Source of the DNA: an uncultured Planctomycetales bacterium
Lineage (GTDB): Bacteria; Omnitrophota; Gorgyraeia; Gygaellales; Profunditerraquicolaceae
Direction: 5' to 3'
Assembly (NCBI GenBank): GCA_964487475.1
Contig: CAZAPM010000001.1
Span: forward strand, 76,374 to 122,085
Length of the DNA stretch: 45,712 nucleotides
In this document: positions 29,560 through 37,417 of the stretch, piece after piece
Layout of the letters: the number at the start of each line of letters is the position of its first letter
Position numbering within the stretch: position 1 is the first letter of the stretch
Notes under the pieces: generated by a model
Database searches by the model: none
The model's input: the letters and a program-made list of their open reading frames with translations, nothing else
What the model was told of the DNA's origin: nothing
Made by a program: the position numbers and the translations under genes

Positions 29560-30305
29560 GAGTTTGCGCAGACCGGGTGAACTGTTACGGGATGCAGCAT
29601 CCCCGGCAGGCTTGGCAGAGCGTGGCCGAGAAAATGCGGGGAGGTGTCTGGGAGCTTGAGCATGCCCTTTTCCTGCGGCTGCTGGCAAGGCATTCCGTTT
29701 CCCGTCCCGGGATGATCATTGATGCGGGAGGAGGATGGGGGAGGTTCGCGTATCTGGCCCGGAAGCAGGGCCAGCGGGTCGTGGTGGCGGATTCTTCGCA
29801 TGTGCAGGTTACGGTGGGCAGGCAGTATTATTCCCGCCGCCGCGCCAGGCCATGGTTTGTCGAGGCCCGTATCGACCTGCCTCTTCCTTTCCGCCGGGAT
29901 ACGTTTGCCATGGGGATGTGCATGGGCAACGTCATCAGCTGTGCGCCGGCTGCAGCGGTGCTCCGGCAGTTGCGCAGGGTCCTGCAGCCGGGAGGGTTGC
30001 TGATCGGCACGGCGATCGATTACGAGAGCGTCTCGGGCCCGAAAGTTCTTTGTCCCAAGGCCGCGGAGCTGTCGCTGGAGGAGTGTTTTCTGCGGGCGTA
30101 TTCTCCGCGGATGCTGGACTCCCTCTTTGTCCGATGCGGATATTCCCTGGTGTTGAACATGCGGCAGGCCGATTTTCTCGCAGAGGAGTGCAGGCGGGAC
30201 GGAGCCTTCCGGGATAAGGTCTGCCGGATTCGCTGCGCGCAGGATGATCTGCGCCATGAGTTCGCGACCAAACGGGTGTATGTCGCAAAAAAGGCGGGAG
30301 CATGA
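29556..30305 (+). CDS. Class I SAM-dependent methyltransferase
   Basis: IIDAGGGWGRF, VADSS, LPFRRDTF, LRRVLQPGGLL. Confidence 0.85.
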   Translation: MRVCADRVNCYGMQHPRQAWQSVAEKMRGGVWELEHALFLRLLARHSVSRPGMIIDAGGGWGRFAYLARKQGQRVVVADSSHVQVTVGRQYYSRRRARPWFVEARIDLPLPFRRDTFAMGMCMGNVISCAPAAAVLRQLRRVLQPGGLLIGTAIDYESVSGPKVLCPKAAELSLEECFLRAYSPRMLDSLFVRCGYSLVLNMRQADFLAEECRRDGAFRDKVCRIRCAQDDLRHEFATKRVYVAKKAGA

Positions 30306-31459
30306 ACGTAGCTCGGGCATATGTCTGCGCGCTTTCCCCGCACCATGAGGAGAACGGATATCTTGCCGCGCAGCTGGCGGAGTATTTTTCGCGTAACGGG
30401 GTAAGGCTGGCCCGTACGTTGTGCACCGCGGATTGTATCGTTTTGACAGGATATGCCTGTTGTCAGGAGGACCTGGATTCTCTCCTTACGAGGGTAAGGC
30501 AGTTGCGCAGGGAATACCGCCGGCAGGCGATCGTGGTGTGCGGACGGGCCGTGGATATGGATCCGAGGTTAAGGCGGTTGCCCGGGGTGTGCGCAATAAG
30601 CCCGCGGGACCTGGATCGTTTCGACGAGCTGTTCGGTGCCCGTATCAAGGTCGCTTCCGTGCGGCCGGCATCCATCGGCCGCAGGTTCTTCCCCCTGGCC
30701 GGGACGGATTCCGCATGGATCCGGATAGCGCAGGGCTGCTTGCACGCATGCAGCTATTGTATGTTGTCCCGGCATGCCAGGCAGGTCCGTAGCGTTCCTT
30801 TGCCGGAAGTGCTCAGACAGGTGAAGGGGTGCGTCCGGGAGGGGAAGAAAAGGTTAGTGCTATTGGCGGACGACTGCGGGAGCTACGGTGCGGATATAGG
30901 CTGCGATACCGCGGATTTGCTGCAGGCGCTGGCGCACCTTCCGGAGTTGCGGGGATCGCGCAGCCGGGTGTATCTTAATGCGTTCGAGCCGGGAAGGCTC
31001 TTGAAGCTGTTCCCCCGGATGAAGGAGGCGCTGGCCGCGGGGATCATCGGGCACATGGATATCGACATCCAGTCCGGGTCGGACAGGCTGGTGGCGCAGA
31101 TGAACCGGCGGTACAAGGTGGCGCAGGTGCTCGAAACCGTGTCGCAGATACGCGAGCTCGCTCCGCGGACCACGCTGAGCACGGAGATGATCTTTGCCCT
31201 GCCCGGTGAGACCCGCCGGGAGTTCGCGCAGTCGATACAGGCGGCGCTGCACTTTAATGACGCGCTGTTCCTGAAATATTCACCCTGTCCGGGCACGCCC
31301 ATGGCTGACCGCACCAGAAGGCTGGCGGTAAAAGAAGTCCGTTACAGGGAAACGCTGCTGGAGAAGCTTAGTGCGAAGACAAAAGGCCGGGTCCGGGTGC
31401 AGGTCACCGCTGCAAAGTCCCGAAAAGGAAAAGGATCAAACGGGTGCTCAGGGGGGTAA
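30302..31459 (+). CDS. MiaB/RimO-like methylthiotransferase-family radical SAM lacking TRAM (copy 2)
   Basis: IRIAQGCLHACSYC; 153 codons identical to copy 1; N-terminal cluster ligands altered (HHEEN, GYACC, VCGR). Confidence 0.8.
   Translation: MNVARAYVCALSPHHEENGYLAAQLAEYFSRNGVRLARTLCTADCIVLTGYACCQEDLDSLLTRVRQLRREYRRQAIVVCGRAVDMDPRLRRLPGVCAISPRDLDRFDELFGARIKVASVRPASIGRRFFPLAGTDSAWIRIAQGCLHACSYCMLSRHARQVRSVPLPEVLRQVKGCVREGKKRLVLLADDCGSYGADIGCDTADLLQALAHLPELRGSRSRVYLNAFEPGRLLKLFPRMKEALAAGIIGHMDIDIQSGSDRLVAQMNRRYKVAQVLETVSQIRELAPRTTLSTEMIFALPGETRREFAQSIQAALHFNDALFLKYSPCPGTPMADRTRRLAVKEVRYRETLLEKLSAKTKGRVRVQVTAAKSRKGKGSNGCSGG
30857..31315 (+). repeat. 459-bp exact direct repeat, copy 2
   Basis: Identical by eye to 28147-28605. 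Confidence 0.92.
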
Positions 31460-32318
31460 AGCTGAGCAGCGTACCGAAGAACAGGAATGGTGAGTAAGGG
31501 ATATGCGCAGTGTTGAGCTGTTCTTTTGGGATCGATGCGGGGTCGCCCAGGTCGATGCGGACCATGCGCGGGATCACCGTGAAGATCACCGCGAACTTGA
31601 AGGCGCTTAGCATCGTGGTCAGGAACAGCGCCGCGTTAAAAATGCTTTGCGGATAATAGATGCAGCGGAACAGCAGTGATGCGGAGATCAATGTTCCCAG
31701 CACCACGATTTTCTTGGGGGATCTGCTCCCCGTGCGATAGAGTATCGCGTAAAAGGCGAACAGGATGAAAGGGTGGAAGGCCCGGGCATGGGGCAGAAAC
31801 GCGAGTATGGCGCTGCGGACGATCCAGCTTATCGAGATGATGATGAGAAAGGAGAACCCGACCTGGCGGGCGATATCCCTGGCGCTTTGGGGGTCGATGA
31901 AGGTTTTACGGCGGACCATCCGGTAGAGGCTTTCGCAAAACAGATACGCCAGGGCGGCGATGTTGGCGTTTACGAATATAAGCATGCAGGGCAGCAGCCA
32001 CAGCCGGGCATGGGAGAAGTCCGGCGCCAGCAGGGAAAATATGATGAAGAGTTTCCCGTCGCCGGCAGCCCAGACATTATAATGATAGAGCAGGTATCCC
32101 GCGGCAGACGCCAGGAAAAGGTTCAAGAGGAACAGGGAAAGGTTCAGTTGCAGGGAGCCGCTCGAGGCGATCAGCAGGGGATACGCCACGAGCAGATATG
32201 CCAGGGCAGCCAGCAGATACCGATTGCGGATAATCCGGTACCGGGCATCGGTATAAAAACTGGCGCCGCCTAAGAGCAGTACGGCGGGGAGGAATAAGAG
32301 GGTCGATTCGTAAGCCAT
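31404..32318 (-). CDS. A24 prepilin-type (GxGD) aspartyl peptidase, TadV/CpaA/PibD-like
   Basis: FYTDARYRIIRN (first Asp), WAAGDGKLF (second Asp), C-terminal IPYSPFLFFG; multi-TM; no PilD N-terminal Zn/methylase domain. Start ATG 32318. Confidence 0.85.
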   Translation of the reverse strand: MAYESTLLFLPAVLLLGGASFYTDARYRIIRNRYLLAALAYLLVAYPLLIASSGSLQLNLSLFLLNLFLASAAGYLLYHYNVWAAGDGKLFIIFSLLAPDFSHARLWLLPCMLIFVNANIAALAYLFCESLYRMVRRKTFIDPQSARDIARQVGFSFLIIISISWIVRSAILAFLPHARAFHPFILFAFYAILYRTGSRSPKKIVVLGTLISASLLFRCIYYPQSIFNAALFLTTMLSAFKFAVIFTVIPRMVRIDLGDPASIPKEQLNTAHIPYSPFLFFGTLLSFTPLSTRLILFLFGTLQR

Positions 32319-32367
32319 ACATGATCCGTGAATAAATACATTGTAGCATGTTAAGGGGAGGATACAA

Positions 32368-33729
32368 TTGATTTTGCGCAGGCGGGAAGGAAAAGCCTCC
32401 CGGGATTTTGACGGGGCCGTGGCGCAGTTGCGGGAGTGGTGGGGGGCGCGGGTGTGCGTACGGGGCAATGAGGCCGTGGTAACCCTGGTACCTGGGGTGA
32501 CCCGCTATACCCCGGGTTTTGTCGAGTCCTGCTACCGGCTGCTCAATGATTTCGAGGACCGCTTTCAGATCCGGTTCGAAGGGGCGCCGTACTGTTTTTT
32601 CCCCGAAGCACTGGATCATGTGCATGCCCGGGCGCAGAAGTCTGCGCAGCATGGCTTGCGTTGTTGTTCCTGCAGGTTCCGGGATATCTGCCCGGGCATG
32701 GCCGGGGGGTGGGGCGCTCAGGGGCTGCAGGTGCGCCCGTTATCCGGAGTGCCTCAGGAGATCACCATCGAGTTGACGAAGGCGTGCAATATGCACTGCA
32801 GTTTCTGTTATCACCGGCCCGGGAAAGGGGCTGAAGCGCGACTGTCCCTGCCCAAGGTGGCCGGGTTGCTCGTGGAAGCCAGGAGGTTGGGTGTGCGGCA
32901 GGTGCGTTTCACCGGCGGAGAGCCATTGTTATATGAAAAATTTCCGGAAGCGCTGCAGATGGCAAAACGCAGCGGGTTTTACGTGTTCGTCAACACTAAC
33001 GCCTTGCTCCTTTCCCGCGCGCTGATCCGCGCTATCCGTCCGTATGTGGACAACGTCCTTGTCTCATTTACTCCCGAAGAATCCGGCGCCGGCTCTTGTT
33101 CGGAAGGCGTGTTGGAACATAAGGGGCGCATGCTGCAAGAGCTTGTCCGGCAAAAAGTGCCCTATGTGCGCGTAGGTACGGTGATCGACCGCCGGCTGCA
33201 GGGCCGTTTCGAAGGGATCTCCCGGCTCCTTCTGCAGGCGGGCGTCTCCCGCTGGGAACTGTACCGTCCGATGCTGGAAAAAAGTGCGTACCCCGAAGCG
33301 CTGCCCCTTTACGACCTTTCTTTGCAGGAGTACCACGCGCTTTTTCCCCTTATCAGAAAGAACTTCCGGCGGGGGCTTTTTACCTACATCGCCAATGCGT
33401 TCCCTTATTGCGCCCTGCCCCGGGGATCCGACCGGCTGTTCCTCAAAGGCGCCAGCAGTGATGACGGGCATTCCCGGAGGCTGGTCTTCGATGCCGAAGG
33501 GTTTTTCAAACCCAGTTATTTCATACGGGAGAACCTGGGGGCGACCTTGCGCACCGCGCTCAAGCACCGGTATCTGGACGAGCTCAATGCATGGGGGTAT
33601 CTTCCGCAGCAATGTAAGGTGTGTCCGTTATTCTCATTTTGCAGGGCGGGGAGCAGGTACTGTGCCAGCCAGGAGCACCGCACATATTGGTCGGCTGACC
33701 CTTTGATGCAGCAATGCAGTACCCCTTGA
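32368..33729 (+). CDS. Radical SAM/SPASM protein with an extra N-terminal Cys-cluster domain (possibly HxsC-related)
   Basis: GGGGAGG RBS and TTG start; N-terminal PYCF...CCSCRFRDICPG; core ACNMHCSFC, FTGGEP, NTN; C-terminal FPYC...CKVCPLFSFCRAG. Confidence 0.8.
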   Translation: MILRRREGKASRDFDGAVAQLREWWGARVCVRGNEAVVTLVPGVTRYTPGFVESCYRLLNDFEDRFQIRFEGAPYCFFPEALDHVHARAQKSAQHGLRCCSCRFRDICPGMAGGWGAQGLQVRPLSGVPQEITIELTKACNMHCSFCYHRPGKGAEARLSLPKVAGLLVEARRLGVRQVRFTGGEPLLYEKFPEALQMAKRSGFYVFVNTNALLLSRALIRAIRPYVDNVLVSFTPEESGAGSCSEGVLEHKGRMLQELVRQKVPYVRVGTVIDRRLQGRFEGISRLLLQAGVSRWELYRPMLEKSAYPEALPLYDLSLQEYHALFPLIRKNFRRGLFTYIANAFPYCALPRGSDRLFLKGASSDDGHSRRLVFDAEGFFKPSYFIRENLGATLRTALKHRYLDELNAWGYLPQQCKVCPLFSFCRAGSRYCASQEHRTYWSADPLMQQCSTP

Positions 33730-33770
33730 AAATAAGAAGGTAATGATAAAAATACACGCCGGGATATCGA

Positions 33771-33799
33771 TTGACAGTTTAGCTGCCTGTCTGTATAAT
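33771..33799 (+). promoter_or_regulatory. Perfect consensus sigma70 promoter
   Basis: TTGACA (33771-33776), 17 nt spacer, TATAAT (33794-33799). Confidence 0.8.
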
Positions 33800-33810
33800 C
33801 CCATTAGGGA

Positions 33811-33947
33811 TTTAATTACAAAAAGGAAGTAATATGCTCTGCGACGTGGAGGGCCGGGCATTACGGCGTGCATGCAAGGAGTTCGCCAGGGATAGATGTT
33901 CAAGGTGGGCGGCAGGGGAAAAGAGAATTTAACCCTTTGTAATTAAA
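33811..33947. repeat. Long-range 12-bp perfect inverted repeat enclosing a small ORF
   Basis: TTTAATTACAAA (33811-33822) and TTTGTAATTAAA (33936-33947). Confidence 0.75.
33834..33932 (+). CDS. Possible 32-aa small ORF (MLCDVEGRALRRACKEFARDRCSRWAAGEKRI)
   Basis: AAGGAAG RBS-like sequence and ATG directly downstream of the 33771 promoter; below the ORF-track cut-off; no recognisable homology. Confidence 0.3.
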   Translation: MLCDVEGRALRRACKEFARDRCSRWAAGEKRI

Positions 33948-33979
33948 AGACTAAGGTAAATGCGCACGCTGAAAAAAAA

Positions 33980-34008
33980 TTGACACTGCATACCCTTTCA
34001 AGTATACT
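33980..34008 (+). promoter_or_regulatory. sigma70 promoter of Hxs module 2
   Basis: A-tract, TTGACA (33980-33985), 17 nt spacer, TATACT (34003-34008); AAGGAGG RBS of the next gene follows. Confidence 0.8.
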
Positions 34009-34042
34009 TTTTAGTAGGGTAATTATCACAAAGGAGGGTTGA

Positions 34043-34666
34043 ATGCACAAAGCATGCTTTATACTGTTTGTCGTTATCTTCGGCCTTGCGGGGGCTGTCC
34101 CGTCAGTGTACGCCCAGAATAACGAAGAGTTGACAGTGACTACGTATTACCCGTCACCTATGGGAAGTTATAATAATCTTACTGTAGCTGATACCTTGCA
34201 TGTGACATCGGCTGTTGCCGGTGCCGGCAATAGTTATAACGGGCCGGGGATCGTCTTTAACTTTCCCTCTCCGGGCCCGATGGCCAGGAACGATGCGGGT
34301 ATCATCCGTGCATTCATCCCTGCCAGCGATGATTTTGAACTTCAGCTCATGGTCTCGGATAATATTAACGATAGAGTGTATATCGGAGGCTCCAAGGGAG
34401 GGTTGTTCGGGGGGACTCCTGGAGGGTTGACCGTCAGGGCCTCGGGTGACGCTCGGCTTGCCAATGGCAATGCCGCCGGCCCGACTGGGGCGAATCTTTT
34501 CGTTTCCGGTTCGGTGCTGGAACGTTCCCCCGCATTCGGTCAGGGCTGTATCAGGATGAGTTATGGAGGTAACTCGGGTTTGACCGAGTGTCCTCCGGGT
34601 ACTACATTCAATTCCTGGATCACCGCGCCGAGCAGGCGGGGCGGCCAGTTCTATTGTTGCCAGTAA
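34043..34666 (+). CDS. Secreted protein with N-terminal TVTTYYPSP motif (copy 2)
   Basis: Sec signal ending SVYA; QNNEELTVTTYYPSPMGSYN; Gly-rich beta region; C-terminal C...CPPG...YCCQ. Confidence 0.8.
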   Translation: MHKACFILFVVIFGLAGAVPSVYAQNNEELTVTTYYPSPMGSYNNLTVADTLHVTSAVAGAGNSYNGPGIVFNFPSPGPMARNDAGIIRAFIPASDDFELQLMVSDNINDRVYIGGSKGGLFGGTPGGLTVRASGDARLANGNAAGPTGANLFVSGSVLERSPAFGQGCIRMSYGGNSGLTECPPGTTFNSWITAPSRRGGQFYCCQ

Positions 34667-34678
34667 TCAAGATTTACC

Positions 34679-35068
34679 ATGAGCAGAATCATTTCCGTTC
34701 GGGTCGATACCGGATTGTTTCCTTTTGAGGCGGCGGTCTATGCGTCTTGCGGGTTCATCGATCGGTATTACGTGTCTCTGGACCGTGAAGGCCAGATTTT
34801 GATAGTGCGTTTCAAGCCCAAGCCATCCGTGGCTTCTCCTTCCCGGAATCTTTCTGATGAGTTTCTCAATCAGGTGTTGTTCTATACCCTGCGGTTACAT
34901 GTACACGCCAAGAACAAGCATCTGACCGAGACCATTGTTTCCCAGGCGCTGGGAGCGGCGATCGCACCGGTACCCGGAGGCGAAAATCAGGGTGTGTCAG
35001 ATCCTTTGGGTATCGCTGTCCCGTGGGAGGAACAGCCGGCGAATAAGGGGAGAAAGAACCGGTGCTAA
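34679..35068 (+). CDS. hxsD: His-Xaa-Ser system protein HxsD (module 2)
   Basis: VDTGLFPFEAAVYASCGFIDRYYVSLD...DEFLNQVL..TLR...IVSQAL; tail DPLGIAVPWEE. Confidence 0.82.
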   Translation: MSRIISVRVDTGLFPFEAAVYASCGFIDRYYVSLDREGQILIVRFKPKPSVASPSRNLSDEFLNQVLFYTLRLHVHAKNKHLTETIVSQALGAAIAPVPGGENQGVSDPLGIAVPWEEQPANKGRKNRC

Positions 35069-35274
35069 GGCTTCATGCCACGTGTTACCCGTGGAGGGTG
35101 CTTGAGAAAGCGCGCCGTGCCTATGCGCCCGCAGCGGAGATATCTTTTCGTCGATGCAGCGAGTATGTCGAAGTGACGGTGCGCACGCAAACTGCATCTG
35201 CCGCGTGCCATACGGATGAGATCGAGGGAGAAGTATTGAATTTTCTCCTTACCGAGCTGAGGGATTCGCTGTGA
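35062..35274 (+). CDS. Short HxsD-like protein (module 2)
   Basis: 70 aa; LHATCYP...GEVLNFLL; overlaps both neighbours; positional homolog of 17488-17706. Confidence 0.6.
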   Translation: MLRLHATCYPWRVLEKARRAYAPAAEISFRRCSEYVEVTVRTQTASAACHTDEIEGEVLNFLLTELRDSL

Positions 35275-36728
35275 AAGCGTCTGTTCCCAGATTCCCTCTT
35301 GCTCCGGTGGATTTCCGGTTCCGCGCGCTTGGCAGTAAGTTCCTTCTTACCAAGGTGACCGGTGAGTTTTGTGTTCTTTCTCGTCAGGATTTCCTGAAGT
35401 TCTGTACCAAGGGGGAAGTCGGGGTGTCCTCGCGTTCCCGGAGGGCTCTTGCGTGCGCGGGATTTCTTGGCGCGCAGGGTGACGAGCAGGTCAACGCAGA
35501 AAAATTTTCCGCGTTGCACGGTCACCTGTTCCAGGCGCCGTCGTTGCATATCATGGTGCTCACGTTGCGCTGCGATCACCGGTGTGTGTATTGTCAAACC
35601 AGTTCCCGTGGCCCCGGACACAATCGGTTGGACATGTCGCCGCGCACCGCGCGTAAGGTGATCGACAGGATATTCCTTTCTCCCGCACCTGCGTTGCATA
35701 TCGAATTCCAGGGAGGGGAGCCGTTGCTTAATTACCGGGTGCTTGTGCATGCGATAAGGTATGCCCGGGAGAAGAATACGCGCGCAGGGAGAAAGCTTGG
35801 CTTCACCTTGGTTTCGAATTTCTCTTTTCTCGATGAAAAGAAGTTGGCGTTCCTGGTAAAGGAATCGTGTTCGCTTTGTACTTCGCTCGACGGGCCTGCG
35901 CGGGTGCACGACAGGCAGCGGGTAGCTCCGGGTTGCGGAGGGGGTGCATACGCGAACGTGAAACATTGGCTGGGCATCATTGGGAAGATGCATGCCCGGG
36001 GAGAGTATCCGTATCGGGTCAATGCGCTTACGACCGTGACCGCGCTCTCCCTGCCGTATTGGAAGGAGATCGTCGACGAATACGTGGATTCGGGGCTTTC
36101 GACCATCCACCTGCGGCCGGTGGCTCCTTTCGGTATTGGCAAGGGAAAGTCCTGGGAGCGTCTCCGGGTGAGCGCTGACGAATTCCTGGATTTCTATCGC
36201 AAGTCGTTACGTTATATTATCGCGTTGAACCGCAAAGGGATACCCTTGGCGGAACGGACCGCGATGGTATTCCTGAGCAAGATCCTCAAGGGGGTTGACC
36301 CCGGGTATGTCGATCTGCGCTCTCCTTGCGGAGCGGTTTTCGGGCAACTGGCATATAACTATAACGGTGACGTGTACACCTGTGATGAGGGGAGGATGTT
36401 TTCTGCAGCGTCGGGTAACGAGCTTTTCAGGGTGGGGAGCGTGTTTAAGGGGAGTGCGCGTTCTCTGGTCGATAATCCGGTGACCAAGACACTTGCGCTC
36501 GCGTCATGTTTGGATAACGTGCCGTTATGCGCCGAGTGCGCCTATGCTCCGTTTTGCGGGGTCTGTCCGTTGTATAATTATGCATCCGAAGGGGATGTGT
36601 TTTCTCGCGGAGTTAACGACCGTTGCCGAATACATAAAGGTATTTTTGATCTGCTGTTCGGGTTGCTGCAAGGATCGGAGAGACAGGTGTTCGAACGTTG
36701 GATGGCTCCAGCAAAGGAGGAAGGATGA
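35271..36728 (+). CDS. hxsB: His-Xaa-Ser system radical SAM/SPASM maturase HxsB (module 2)
   Basis: PSLHIMVLTLRCDHRCVYCQ, IEFQGGEPLLN, TSLDGP..VHD..R, YVDLRSPCGA, GDVYTCDEGRM, CAECAYAPFCGVCP...RC. Confidence 0.92.
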   Translation: MKASVPRFPLAPVDFRFRALGSKFLLTKVTGEFCVLSRQDFLKFCTKGEVGVSSRSRRALACAGFLGAQGDEQVNAEKFSALHGHLFQAPSLHIMVLTLRCDHRCVYCQTSSRGPGHNRLDMSPRTARKVIDRIFLSPAPALHIEFQGGEPLLNYRVLVHAIRYAREKNTRAGRKLGFTLVSNFSFLDEKKLAFLVKESCSLCTSLDGPARVHDRQRVAPGCGGGAYANVKHWLGIIGKMHARGEYPYRVNALTTVTALSLPYWKEIVDEYVDSGLSTIHLRPVAPFGIGKGKSWERLRVSADEFLDFYRKSLRYIIALNRKGIPLAERTAMVFLSKILKGVDPGYVDLRSPCGAVFGQLAYNYNGDVYTCDEGRMFSAASGNELFRVGSVFKGSARSLVDNPVTKTLALASCLDNVPLCAECAYAPFCGVCPLYNYASEGDVFSRGVNDRCRIHKGIFDLLFGLLQGSERQVFERWMAPAKEEG

Positions 36729-37372
36729 GGAAGGGTTGTATCCTTACGCTTGTTGTATGGTTGTGTGTTGCGGTATCAGGAGGGGTGGGTTTGGCGGATG
36801 AACCAGGGGACCGGGAGTGTGGTAAGGATGTCGATCTCTCCCGGATCGTGCAGGATCGCACGTTTATGGCCGAACATCAGTTGTTGGCCCTCAACTATCT
36901 GATCTGCCGGTCACTTGTCGAGAAAGACATCAAACAGTGCGATCTGTTAACCAATGATAACCTGAAGAAAGCCTGCATCAGGGGGGTGAAGGAGTACGGT
37001 CAGTATATCGACCTGGGTCGCAATAAACCCTCCGATCTTATTACCTGCCCCGACAATATCCCCCGCGATGAGTGCCGCAGGAAAGCGGCAGCGATGTACC
37101 GTAAGGATGAGTCGATATGCGATAATAAAGCGGACTGTCTCGCGACGATGCGTATGGATCCGTCTTTGGCCGCAAATACGGTAACCAAGGATTTTATCAT
37201 CCTGATGAAGGCGGTACGTAATAACAGCGTAGAGACATGCTTGACCATTTCTAACCCGGGGGCGATTGTCTATTGTCAGGCTGTGGTGGCGCGTAAATTG
37301 TCTTTATGCGACATGAGCGAGGGGGCAAATGACCTTAAGGAGTCGTACTGTGCCTACGCAACGGGCCAATAA
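36725..37372 (+). CDS. Secreted Cys-rich protein (module 2)
   Basis: GGAGG RBS, ATGA overlap with the hxsB stop, Sec signal, 12 Cys in the mature part with C-x11-C units. Confidence 0.75.
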   Translation: MRKGCILTLVVWLCVAVSGGVGLADEPGDRECGKDVDLSRIVQDRTFMAEHQLLALNYLICRSLVEKDIKQCDLLTNDNLKKACIRGVKEYGQYIDLGRNKPSDLITCPDNIPRDECRRKAAAMYRKDESICDNKADCLATMRMDPSLAANTVTKDFIILMKAVRNNSVETCLTISNPGAIVYCQAVVARKLSLCDMSEGANDLKESYCAYATGQ

Positions 37373-37417
37373 GAGTCGGGAAGAGCGTGTGTGGCGCATA
37401 ACAGGGAGGAAGAGGTC

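Noticed and set aside
27598..31459. Calling these genes miaB or rimO
   Set aside because: No TRAM domain, divergent N-terminal motifs and biosynthetic-cluster context.
31404..32318. Calling the peptidase pilD
   Set aside because: It lacks the N-terminal Cys/Zn methyltransferase domain of PilD and lies 20 kb from the pilin genes; a role on those pilins is not excluded.
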